A program made the position numbers and the translations under genes. From the NCBI GenBank assembly GCA_963729045.1, contig CAVSMN010000011.1:128001-192000 (forward strand): a stretch of DNA of 64,000 nucleotides. The letters run 5' to 3'. Origin of the DNA: an uncultured Nitrososphaeraceae archaeon. GTDB lineage: Archaea > Thermoproteota > Nitrososphaeria > Nitrososphaerales > Nitrososphaeraceae. Numbering within the stretch: the first letter of the stretch is position 1; every line of letters starts with the position of its first letter. Of the stretch, positions 33,200 to 43,902 are shown piece after piece. The notes below the pieces were generated by a model. The model did not search any database. It was given only the letters and a program-made list of their open reading frames with translations, and had not been told where the DNA came from.

Positions 33200-35432
33200 T
33201 CAAAGATTGCTACTGCTGTTTGTCTGAGACTCTACATTAGTACCATTTATCAGATTTCTGATTAATTGGTTAATGGTTTCGCCTGAGCCAGTGCTACCTG
33301 TTGTTCCTGAGCCAGTGCTACCTGTTTGACTACCGCTTTCGCCTAAGCCTGTGGTTCCTGAGCCAGTGCTACCTGTTTGACTACCGCTTTCGCCTGAGCC
33401 TGTTGTTCCTGAGCCAGTGCTACCTGTTTGACTACCGCTTTCGCCTGAGCCTGTGGTTCCTGAGCCAGTGCTACCTGTTTGACTACCGCTTTCGCCTGAG
33501 CCTGTTGTTCCTGAGCCAGTGCTACCTGTTTGACTACCGCTTTCGCCTGAGCCTGTTGTTCCTGAGCCAGTGCTACCTGTTTGACTACCGCTTTCGCCTG
33601 AGCCTGTGGTTCCTGAGCCAGTGCTACCTGAGCCTGTTGTTCCTGAGCCAGTGCTGTCAGAGGAATCACTACCTGAGCCAGTGCTGTCAGAGGAATCACT
33701 ACCTGAGCCTGTGCTGTCAGAGGAATCACCACCTGAGCCTGTGCTGTCAGAGGAATCACTACCTGAGCCTGTGCTGTCAGAGGAATCACCACCTGATTCG
33801 GTCCCTTGACCTGCTGTAATACTTCCGCTATTATCCTGGTTTTGTAATGCTACGTTGTTACCTGAACCAAGGTCATTAATTCCACCTCCAATACTCTTCT
33901 GTTCGTCTGAAGAATCACTACCAGAACCTACTTGTTCAGGACCACTAGACTCTTCATTATTTTGAATCGGAGATTCGGTTTCTGTTTGATCTATTGACTC
34001 AACTTTAGAAGTATTGGAATTGAGATTTGGTAGATCACTTCCATGACATAGACCATTAGGTAATGAAACGCTACAATTATTGTCTGTTATACTCATTATT
34101 GTTTATATTTGTAGGTAATCCATTTGCGTTATTGATATCAATCTCATTGTCTTGTGCTAAATTGTTAAAGGTAGCGTTATTATCATTACTTTGGGCATCG
34201 ACGAATATACCGTTTAAAGAGTCCTTAACGGTATTCAAATAAATATCATTATTATCAGAGTCGACTAGTGCCGTGCCACCTAAATCGTTAGATTTAAGCA
34301 GATTCGTATCTATGCTTGAATTTGAGGAAGAATAAGATACAATCCCAATGCTATTGTTAGTTAATCGGTTATCTTCGATAGTAGAATCAGTAGAACTTGT
34401 TACAAATACTCCAACGTGATTATCCGAAAAGTCTATTTCAGAAATACTATTGTTTTTTCCACCTGTCGACAAGATTCCTGCTTGAAAATCTGAAATTGTT
34501 CCAGGACCTTGAACAGTTACGTTCTCAGTATTGGTAAGCATTACTCCTATTTTTGAACTGTTTTGACTTGGACCGGTAACTGAAAAGCCGTTCAAATCGA
34601 TTGTGATGTCATCGCCACCGACAAGTAGTCCATCACTCTTACAATCGAGATTAGATGTCAATACTACACTCTCGTCAATTACTTGTCCACAGGATATGCT
34701 AGGAACACTAGATTCAGGTGTTTCGAAATGATTATTTGTTATAGGGCTGTCAATTTCATTACTTTCCTCAGTATTAGAACAGTTATCTTGATTAGCGGTA
34801 TTTTTGGGCTTACTGCTGTCGTCGTTGATGCTTGAAACTTCATTTAGACTAGATGGTACTGGTGGAGGTGTGATTACTTCGCCTGTTTTTCCACTAGGTT
34901 TAGAATCAGAACTTGAAGACCCTTTGCCGTCGCTTGAAGAACTTGCAACTGCTTCAGTACCAGCCGAGGAACTTGCAACCTGCCGAGCTTGCTAGCCTTT
35001 ACCGTCGCTTGAAGATCCTTTACCGTCGCTTGAAGATCCTTTACCGTCGCTTGAAGAACTTGAAGATCCTATACTCCCAGCCGAGTCGGTGCTATCATCG
35101 TTTGTGGTTACAATTTTATTTAGACTAGATGGTACTGGTGGAGGTGTGATTACTTCGCCTGTTTTTCCACTAGGTTTAGAATCAGAACTTGAAGATCCTT
35201 TGCCGTCGCTTGAAGAATTGTTGTCATCGTCTGGGGTTCCAGGTTTGTCCTGACCATCTTGTGAAGTTTCCGAGGTTTTATTTTCATTACACAAAATATC
35301 CTGTAGGGAACCCATAGAGTTATCATAATACTGGGCTGATACACCATTATTTATTGAAATGGTGGATGCATTAAAAGTTAGTAACAATACAAGAAATATG
35401 ACTGGAATTATGCTATTCTTTTTATTTATCAA
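33200..35432 (-). CDS. exported right-handed beta-helix (NosD/pectin-lyase-like) protein with Ser/Gly/Thr repeats; in-frame TAG at 34992-34994 and frameshift near 34090
   Basis: Signal peptide; SCGQVI...LTSNLDC..DGL.....ITIDLNGF; NNSI/NN.IGI repeats; frame continuous across the TAG. Confidence 0.7.
33304..33640. repeat. tandem repeat, six 51-bp units (GSTGSGTTGSGESGSQT on the minus strand)
   Basis: Units start at 33304, 33355, 33406, 33457, 33508 and 33559. Confidence 0.92.
33643..33795. repeat. tandem repeat, five 30-bp units (GSGSDSSDST)
   Basis: cctgagcc(a/t)gtgctgtcagaggaatcac(t/c)a repeated. Confidence 0.9.
34842..35217. repeat. 100-bp direct repeat (34842-34941 and 35118-35217) with 21-bp tandem units between the copies
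   Basis: atttagactagatggtactggtggaggtg...gccgtcgcttgaagaa occurs twice, one mismatch seen. Confidence 0.88.
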
Positions 35433-35950
35433 TATGTTGTAGAGTTTCTTTCAAAATATATCGATTTTCAGTATTTGCTAATTAAAAAGAATCATATGGT
35501 TTTTGATGATAGATTGTTCTTTAGGTAATCATATTACCAAACATATTGCGTTATTGTTGTACACACTTTTCTAATAGGATCCTCTAAGGGTAAAAGTTTC
35601 AATAACTGATCATATTTTTAACATTGATTACTCTGTAAGTGACAATTTCATTCTGATATTTCTAGATTAGTCCATGCGGATCTTTATGATTTGGTTATCC
35701 CGGCAGGTTCTGTCGTATGAATTAATCATTTGAGATATCGAATTGACAATAGTGAACAAAATTCTGTTACCACCCAAATTAGTAATATATTACAATCAAT
35801 CAGTTGAATATATCATGGATAGAACCATAATAAATTTATGGTATAAATATCTAAAATGATTCCATTTTTAGAAAATTTCTAAAATTCTACTGATATAATA
35901 GTGATGATAATAATGCCAAGTAACAGAATTCAATTGGGGTACTGGATATA

Positions 35951-36386
35951 TCATCCTTGAGTTGGTCTTTTAACTTTGGACAATACCCTGATCTTTACAT
36001 TGTAGATTGGATCTCCATTTTGTAAATAGATGTCCGACTTGGAAATGCCGGCAATAGTATTTTTCAATCTTACTCGTGGTATTATCATCGAGCAGATATT
36101 CATTCCATTTTTCAGAGGTTGTGGAAAAGGTTATTTCCTTTTTATAAGAAGACTCCATCTCCTCCTTTGTATACATTTTCTTATGTGTGGGCCCTGTTGA
36201 TTTATCTGAAAAAATGAAGGATTGGATTGACTGAAAATTAAATTCGTATTCTTTTGATTTATCCATCTTTGATTTTTTTACCCCGGTTAACACTACCCTA
36301 CTTTTGAGTTTTGTATCATCGCTTAATAGGTATGAATCCCAAAATTCCTTTATTACCTTAAAATCCAGTGTAACGAAATCACTCAT
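35951..36386 (-). CDS. hypothetical protein with internal duplication (frameshift near 36070)
   Basis: Two similar halves, EFWDSYLLSDDTKLK and EKWNEYLLDDNTTVRLK; shifted tail NGDPIYNVK ends at TGA 35951-35953. Confidence 0.6.
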
Positions 36387-36682
36387 CTAGGTTTAATCTT
36401 TTCAAAGGATATTTTAATCAATCCGGCCAGCAAGCCAGCTATCATCCTACCTAATCTTAATAGAGTCAAGAAGTAAGGCCGAAGGTCTTCTTGTGTATTT
36501 TGTTTTAGGCACTCCCCTTATTAGTATAAACAGTGAGATGAAGACTTGAAAATCGATATCAAAAATTGAAATATTTTATATATGGATAAACAAATGTCAA
36601 TAACACATAAAATTTACTACCATAAATTGTTCATACCATAGTATCTAAAAACTGAAATGAATTTGTATTCCATAATCTAAAG

Positions 36683-37579
36683 ATGAAAAGAAATACTAAT
36701 TATGAGTTTTTTATTATTTCTTTAACTGGATTTTCCGTATTCTTGATTTTGTTTCAATATTATTATGATCCTTTAGGTAAAGCATTAACTGCTTTATTTG
36801 TATTTGATTTCATTGTATCCATTATTTTGTCAATTGACTTTGCTATAAGAATAAAAAAGTCTAAACATCGATCCAAATATTTTTTAACTCATTTGTATGA
36901 AATTCCTGCCTTAATACCCTTGTATGCTCTAACCTTATTACAAGACAACACTGTATATGGAGCGGGTTTGAAGAGCTTGAGGCTTATTCAGCTTTTCAGG
37001 TTCCTGCATGTCTTATCTAGAACTTTGATCATGATGGATGAAATCAAAAATAGGCTTCTATATGTTGTTTTTCTATCCGTGATTACGGTTACGGCTGGTG
37101 CATTTACCATGTATGTTGTAGAGCATAACGTCCCAGATTCAAGGATAACAACCCTTGAAGATGCTTTTTGGTGGGCAGTAGTTACAGTTACTACAGTAGG
37201 ATATGGTGATGTATATCCGATCACAGTTGAAGGGAGAATAATTGCCTCAATAATAATGGTAATTGGTATTGCAATTCTAGGTATATTAATTTCAACTATT
37301 GGGGCCCAATTTTTGGAATCAAAATTAAGAAATCAACGCAGAAGAGAAGAAAATAACATTAAAGTACTGATCAAAGACAAAATTGACAGGCTGGAAGGCC
37401 TACAAAGTGAGGAAATAGTGACACTTTTAAACCTCATTTCGAATCTTCATGGGGAACTCAAGAACAGTAATAGCGGTCAAATGCATGGATCTCCATGTTT
37501 TAAATGCAATAATATAAATTCTCAAACGGCAATCTACTGTAATAGGTGCGGAAGTAAAATAACCACTGGTAACCCATAA
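36683..37579 (+). CDS. voltage-gated-type K+ channel with C-terminal zinc ribbon
   Basis: WWAVVTVTTVGYGDVYP filter; S4-like LKSLRLIQLFRFLH; CFKC..CNRCG. Confidence 0.9.
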   Translation: MKRNTNYEFFIISLTGFSVFLILFQYYYDPLGKALTALFVFDFIVSIILSIDFAIRIKKSKHRSKYFLTHLYEIPALIPLYALTLLQDNTVYGAGLKSLRLIQLFRFLHVLSRTLIMMDEIKNRLLYVVFLSVITVTAGAFTMYVVEHNVPDSRITTLEDAFWWAVVTVTTVGYGDVYPITVEGRIIASIIMVIGIAILGILISTIGAQFLESKLRNQRRREENNIKVLIKDKIDRLEGLQSEEIVTLLNLISNLHGELKNSNSGQMHGSPCFKCNNINSQTAIYCNRCGSKITTGNP

Positions 37580-37590
37580 AAGGTATTAAA

Positions 37591-37665
37591 GGGCTGGTGG
37601 TTCAGCGTGGTACGAACGTTCGATTCGCAATCGAGAGATCGCGGGTTCAAATCCCGCCCAGTCCA
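37591..37665 (+). tRNA. tRNA-Ala (anticodon CGC)
   Basis: Cloverleaf: acceptor GGGCTGG/CCAGTCC with G3:U70, D-stem GTTC/GAAC, anticodon loop TT-CGC-AA, T arm GCGGG-TTCAAAT-CCCGC, discriminator A; CCA not encoded. Confidence 0.95.
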
Positions 37666-37719
37666 CTTTTTAACACGCGGTATGAAATCCCTTATACTGA
37701 TTTTCTCAATCATTGTTTT

Positions 37720-37928
37720 TGTTAACATATTTTTGAGTATATTTTATGAATTTACAATACTAAATGTTAACATGTATGTTAACAAATGGCGATAATTTAT
37801 GAATATCCATGTTAACATGGGCGTTATTGTGTTAACATTGCAAAGCTGTATGTTAACATGAAGGAATGTTTATAATTCGCGGGGTTTATATCCGCTTACG
37901 ACTAGCGAACAACTGCAAGATGTTAACA
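37720..37928. repeat. cluster of seven TGTTAACA palindromes
   Basis: Copies at 37720, 37765, 37777, 37810, 37830, 37851 and 37921; one extends to CCATGTTAACATGG (37807-37820). Confidence 0.88.
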
Positions 37929-39017
37929 AGCCTCAAGTCAAGTGGAGCACAATCGGATTTAGAATCCCTGAAAATGAGGTGGATATACTAAACCAACGGC
38001 TAAAGATGTTTGGTTATCAGACTGTTGGCGAATTAATGAAAGATTTTAGAAATGGTATATTTCCCCGTATTACAGAAGACAGGCAAATAGAAAACCTATC
38101 TGAAAATTCCGATAAGAGTGGAATGAAAACATTGCTCGACGGACAATTTACTTCTGACTTTTACATGAAAGCAAATACCGCTGACATGCATGATTATTAT
38201 CTTAATATCAGGAAATATCACAAGAATACTTGCCGCGACTTTATATCATATTTTAAGAGGTTTCGAGATGTATTTTTCACAAATCGAGTGGATGAAATAA
38301 GAAGTGCCACTCCAAGGGTTCGTTCAAGAATTATGGATTCTTTCCGAAAGTTCGGACAATACTATCTTTACAAATACAACAATGAGGAATGTATAGACCT
38401 GGTTGAGAAAATCATAAGAAGACACAATCTTTCAGCAGGAATGACAGAACATGGGAAACTCTACATTGTGGATGATAACTACATAGAGGAACGAGTAAAA
38501 CAGTTATTTGCTAGTAGACGGAGAAATCGGGACCATAGTTAAGTTTGGAATGTTTTCTGGTCTGAGAGAAGATGAGATGGTGTATGTATATAACAAGCCC
38601 ATTTGCCCCGATTTATCGGGTTGTAATTGTAGTAAACTGCATGTTATCGAGAAACCAAATGGGGTCTCAATAGTTCTGATTAATTGGCAACGTGGTAACA
38701 AAAAGTGCTATTTTTCTATTATTCCAACTAATAACTTTAAGGCCTTTAAATCCTTAGACTCGTTTGCATACAGACCCCACATCCGTTCGGCCCATGAATA
38801 TATGAAAGCCAAAACCAAAGACGATAAAATTACTTTTATGTGGTTAAGAAAGGCACACTATAACGTCATGTGCCGTTCTATGAAGCCTTTTGAAGCTAAT
38901 GTGTTAGCAGGGCGGGCCAAGTCAGTTGATGCAAAACACTATGCAATGTATGAACTAAATGAAATGAGTGATAAGTATGTTGAAGCATGGAACAAGTTTG
39001 ATGTAAACTTTAATTAG
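37898..39017 (+). CDS. tyrosine recombinase/integrase with putative N-terminal RHH domain (frameshift near 38507)
   Basis: GMFSGLREDE, RGNKK, WLRKAHY, LAGR...KHY catalytic pattern; sits beside a tRNA; frame is open from 37862, start codon uncertain. Confidence 0.75.
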
Positions 39018-39566
39018 GCATTAACATGTCCTTGTTTTTACTTTACAATTTTCTATTATTGCCGGAAATCATCTTTTAATGTTCCAATTTAGGGATATAG
39101 ATTATTTTAAAATATCTATTGAGCTTTGGCCTAATTACTAGAAGGATTTTTACACTACTATTGAAATTTAATATGATATATTAAATTGATTTAGATCCTA
39201 TACTATTCAAATCCTTTTAAAAACAATAGGATTTATTTTCTTAATTCTTGACCAAGATAATGTCAATGTTTAATTTAGTTATGATAAACCTTAATTAAAC
39301 TATCAATATTTTGATTCTAAATTTTTGTATTTTATAATAACAATATGGCATGTTTGGAAAATTATGAGATTAACATACTTTGGAAATATATAATAAAGAA
39401 TTAATAATGCAATTTTCCTTATTATGAATTTAACTATATCAAGTTAATTATTTATCGAAATGAAAATTTAATTTCCAAAATTATAGGAAGAAATAAGGTA
39501 CTCTAGATTTTTATGAAGGAAAAGCACTTGATTAATTAATTATTGTTTATAAATAAACAAACATTT

Positions 39567-40199
39567 TTAAAATATTGCCTCATTATTTGTTGCAGCTTTT
39601 AGTCCACCCCATGAAAGTTTTGTATTTTCTCTATAGGCTTCAAGAATCATTTCTTTTTCTTTAATCTCTTTCTCTTTTTCTAACATTTCTGCATATATTA
39701 GACTCAATCTAGTTGTTATGATTTCTCTAGTATTCAATAGTTCTTTTTTATTCATCAGCTTCATCAATGTATCCTGAGCTTTAAGCAATTCTTTTGTTTC
39801 TAATTTTGGATTATCAAGTAAATTCCAAACTTTTCGTATTTGTTCGTCAACTACAAGCATCAGTTTTAGATTTTCTTCTATCATATATTGCCCAAAGTTT
39901 TCCTTACGTTTATTTATAATATTTTTTAAATTGTTTATGTCGCGGCAAACGGTAGATTGGCTAATTCGTAATTTGGCACTAATCTCTTCTTGGGAATAAT
40001 TTCTTATATACAGTTCTTTGATTTTGTCTCTGCGCCATTCGATTTGTTTTTTATACTTTTTGGCAGTTATACCGGATCTGAGATTTTTGTTTGTTTTAAG
40101 AGGATCTTTCTTAGAAAGTGTAATAAGATTATTACTATTAGTATTATTATCATTGTTATTAAATTCCGACTGTTCAGTTTCAGAAAACTCGTTATTCAA
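39567..40199 (-). CDS. HTH + helical coiled-coil protein (paralogue A)
   Basis: KQIEWRRDKIKEL...SQEEISAKLRISQSTVCRDI HTH. Confidence 0.72.
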   Translation of the reverse strand: MNNEFSETEQSEFNNNDNNTNSNNLITLSKKDPLKTNKNLRSGITAKKYKKQIEWRRDKIKELYIRNYSQEEISAKLRISQSTVCRDINNLKNIINKRKENFGQYMIEENLKLMLVVDEQIRKVWNLLDNPKLETKELLKAQDTLMKLMNKKELLNTREIITTRLSLIYAEMLEKEKEIKEKEMILEAYRENTKLSWGGLKAATNNEAIF

Positions 40200-40227
40200 T
40201 AATGTAACAACAACTTTTTATCACTTT

Positions 40228-40239
40228 TAAACATTTGTC
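40228..40239 (-). promoter_or_regulatory. BRE/TATA promoter element GACAAATGTTTA (identical copy at 41790-41801)
   Basis: Same 12-mer about 30 nt upstream of both paralogue starts. Confidence 0.6.
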
Positions 40240-41133
40240 TTTTTGGACATACCAAAAATTGTATCGAAATTTCTAGTTCAAGAAATGGATAGGAATATTG
40301 ACAAAGCTATAAATAACAGTAAAAAAGATTAGAAATTTCTTTACACGGGAAGGTTTGATTGGAAGACTTTTTCTTTTAGTTCTAGCTTGCGTGTGTATAG
40401 ATTACACCTCATTCACATTTAAAAGGGGATAACGATTCGTGTTATGTCATACTTCGTTTAACACAGTATTTTTAATCTGATTACCAGTCTAAATAAACCA
40501 GTGAATGCAAGAAAATGGTTAAAACCATTAAACTCACTTGAGCAGTTAGAACTAAATAGATTCCGGAGAATTCACAAAAAAATTTTAAAAAATGCGATTA
40601 CATACTGTTTAGTTCACAATATACTATTTTAGAAATCCTGGAATAAACTTATAAATATATTAGACATAAACAGTGAATAATGGTCAACTATTGAGTAAAT
40701 AACGTGCTACCCTTTTGAGATGTCCACATCAAAAATAATCCTTATAATGGTAATTCAACGGTAATTGTCATAAATATCAATGACTATCTTCTTTTCCCCT
40801 TTCAATACTTTAACATATTTGCAATATGTTGTAATGGGCAGGGATATTAATTTCATTAGAGTTTTGGTCCAAATCATCAACTCCAGTCATTTGTATAAAG
40901 ACCTTTTAAAGACGAAAAAGAATAGTTCTACATGAACCAGAAGAAATTAGAAAGACTTGCTGAACGAATTCTTGTTGACACTAATTCTGCAATTAATTGT
41001 CTTATCCATTCACAAAGGAAAAAAGTCAATAACTATATATTATATTGTTCCTAAGAGCAAGCAGCTTCTAGATCAGTGTATCTCCTTTTAGAAACTTAAA
41101 TGATAATATGGATCCTTCCTGTTTGAAACTTTG

Positions 41134-41760
41134 TTAAAATAGGGCTTCCCGCTTCCTTTCCTTTAGGATGTTCTTTTTATAACTTTTATCAAATTCTTCC
41201 ATTGTCATCGGTTTTGCATAATTTAACTTGATTTTATTATCCTTGAAATATTTTTCTTTTCTGTTTATTTCATTCATTTTTTCTTCAATTACTACCATAT
41301 AGGGTAAACCCTGAAACAATTCAATTCTCTTGTCATAACAGTCTTTTATAAAACTCATAGCTTTCAATTTAGTTTTATTATCTGTTTTAGGATTTTCAAG
41401 AAGCTTCCAGGCTTGTTTTAGTAGTTCTGCAGAGCCATTTACACAGTCAAAATGAATTTCAAATATTACTTTCCCGTAATCATTAATCTCTTTTTCTCGC
41501 TGCGAGTATAAGAGAGCAATATCCCTACATATGGTAGGTTGACTAACATGTAAAATGGATACGATTTCCTGTTGATTGTATCCTTTGAATAAAAGCTCTT
41601 TTACTTTCTCTCTTCTCCAGTTAATTTGCTTTTGATATTTTCTTTTACTTATATTGGACCTAGGATTTATTGGTTTAATTGGATTTGTAACAGCTTTATA
41701 TGCCATGGTAACACCCAGACCCGTTGCTAAATTTTTGTCTTCCTTCTTGTTAGCGTCCAT
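41134..41760 (-). CDS. HTH + helical coiled-coil protein (paralogue B)
   Basis: KQINWRREKVKEL...NQQEIVSILHVSQPTICRDI; ATG at 41760 fits the shared promoter spacing. Confidence 0.72.
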   Translation of the reverse strand: MDANKKEDKNLATGLGVTMAYKAVTNPIKPINPRSNISKRKYQKQINWRREKVKELLFKGYNQQEIVSILHVSQPTICRDIALLYSQREKEINDYGKVIFEIHFDCVNGSAELLKQAWKLLENPKTDNKTKLKAMSFIKDCYDKRIELFQGLPYMVVIEEKMNEINRKEKYFKDNKIKLNYAKPMTMEEFDKSYKKNILKERKREALF

Positions 41761-42158
41761 ATGATGATAAAATTTTTGACCATTAGTAATAAACATTTGT
41801 CGTTTATGAGATCAATAAAAATGATATTTCAAAAAGTGCATAAATTAGCTGTAGCGTAACTTTAAGTCGACTCAATTAACAAGGCATTTTAGATATTTAA
41901 AATGTTCAGTTTATGATATGAACATCAGATATGAGTTTACAAATTATATTAGTTTTCTTTGTATTTGTTCTTTTCGGATTAACCTCTAAAAAGAACATCT
42001 GAAAGGCGTTCGTGATTTTTTAAGCTTAACTACATTTATTTGACAAGGTGGAAGTGAATTCAAAAGTATCATCTTAGAAAGATGATATCAAAAAGAATTA
42101 TCTATTAACCCTTTGAAAATATCATGCCTTGATTAAAATAGTGTTAATAGTTTTGTTT

Positions 42159-43869
42159 TTATTTTACTATTACTTCTCCTATCATTGAAGGATGATAAAT
42201 GCAATAGTATGGATATTCGCCAGAATCATCAAATTTGATACTAAAATATTGATTAGGTATAATTGCGTTTGAATCAAATTCTTCTCCTGCATCCTTATCA
42301 TTATCTTGCCCAGAAGTTACGGTGTGTGATATAGCGTCACCGTTATACCATGTAATTGTTTGACCCTTTTCTATTGTGATAGGATTTGGAGAATAAGAAC
42401 TATCACCATTTATCCCAACTATGACTGCCGGAATAGAATTGGCATTCTGTGAATCAGATTGCTCACTATTTTCAGACTGTTCCTGTTGCGTTTGACCATT
42501 AATTAGTCGTACTAATAGGAGAAGTGTTATTACTATTTGTTGCGCTAGCGGAAGAAGGCAAGATTCTAAAAAGCGAACCAGTATAACTTAACACATACAG
42601 ATATCCATCTGGACCTGTTTGTAGGTCTGTTATGCCGCCGAAACCTTGACCAAATACTATAGGTTGATTTTCTTTGGGGTCATTAACTTCTCTATCTACA
42701 AGCGGTGCTGTGTTTTCTACATATCCACTATCAAAGGATAGATCATTTCGCGCCTCATTAAGAATAAATCGATATAAAAGACCATTATTTATGTCGCCAA
42801 CAAACATGTTATTTTGATATTGTGTTCCTAACTTATCGGAATTCAGAAATTTTAACGCTGTAACGCCTATTGGAGTAACCCAAGAGAATTTTGGTTCGGA
42901 ATATGATCCTTTTCCAAAATATACCAAATCTTCAGGTGTTGCTCCTGTGCCTAAAAAGTCATTCTTTGAAAATCCTTGAATTAATGACCATCCTCCATTA
43001 AATCCTGGATATACTAAATTGATTTCATCACCAGCTGTAGGTCCATTTTCTGTATCCCATAAGTTACCAGTCACCGGATCAAAATCCATTCCGAAACTGT
43101 TTCGAATACCCATTGCATAATACAAATTAAGTGGAGATTCGTCTCCAAATATAATATCGCCTTTGACGATATCACCGTCTTGAGTGACTCTTAGTACTCC
43201 ACCAAGTCCATCTGGTTCCGGTCCATTTTCATTATTCTGTGCTTGGGTCCTGTGTCCGCCCACTTCTCCTATTACATAGTAGACGTTGTTATCAGGTCCA
43301 ATTCGAATTTTACCTCCATTGTGCTCTCCTCTCCCATTATCTGGAATTGCAGGAAGATCTAATAATAGGGTGGGATTTTTTAGTTGCCCGTCAACATATT
43401 CATATCGATATAATCTGTTGCCTGACGGGTCGACATCGTCTTCAAAATCACTACCATCCTCATCGTTGCCTGATTCAGTATAAGATAAGAAAACATAGAT
43501 TTTTCCATCTGGTTGTTTTGCTAAGGCAATACCTAATAGACCTCGTTCTATGCTATTAGCCACAGCCACATCAAGCACTGGTGTATCCTGTATCTGACCA
43601 TCTATAACATGCATTACCTTCCCAGTCTCTTTTTCAGTGACCAGTATATCGTTAGGTCCTAAAAATGCCATACTTGTAGGTTTTTCAAATCCACCGGTTA
43701 CATTTTCTACAACAAGATTGTTATCTTTTACATTGGGTCCATTAGGTGATACAGGAGCTTTTGCATATGCTCCATATGATAAATTAATTGTAGAATGCCA
43801 AGAATCTACTAGCAAAAAAATGCAAGTGAGAGCTACAATAAGGAACAGGTTGGTTGGTTTTTCTAGCAA
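42159..43869 (-). CDS. PQQ-dependent glucose/sorbosone dehydrogenase fused to a C-terminal cupredoxin (frameshift near 42500)
   Basis: ERGLLGIA, HNGG, GIRNSFGMDFDP, ENGP..DEIN; shifted frame reads YSPNPITI..HTVTSG..YYCIYHPSMIGEVIVK to TAA 42159-42161. Confidence 0.82.
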
Positions 43870-43902
43870 TTACCTATTAGCCTCTTGTTTTCATTTAGCC
43901 AA

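Larger units (their letters stand above)
37666..41800. mobile_element. probable tRNA-Ala-anchored integrative element or remnant (right boundary not found)
   Basis: tRNA + integrase, very AT-rich gene-poor DNA, duplicated HTH genes; no tRNA 3'-end repeat seen in the window. Confidence 0.5.

Noticed and set aside
33301..33819. Repeat array as a CRISPR; alternative-frame ORFs 33301-33819, 33343-33792 and 33606-33809
   Set aside because: Units are contiguous with no unique spacers, lengths are multiples of 3, and no cas genes are present; the other frames are shadows of the coding repeat
34992..34994. In-frame TAG as pyrrolysine or programmed readthrough
   Set aside because: It lies in a low-complexity repeat in an indel-prone sequence and no pyl genes are in the window
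37534..37795. ORFs 37534-37728 and 37607-37795
   Set aside because: Both overlap the tRNA-Ala gene
37720..37928. TGTTAACA array as a mini-CRISPR
   Set aside because: The repeat is only 8 bp and spacing is irregular (12-70 bp)
40932..41054. 40-codon ORF MNQKKLERLAERILVDTNSA as a gene fragment
   Set aside because: Too short to assign without a search
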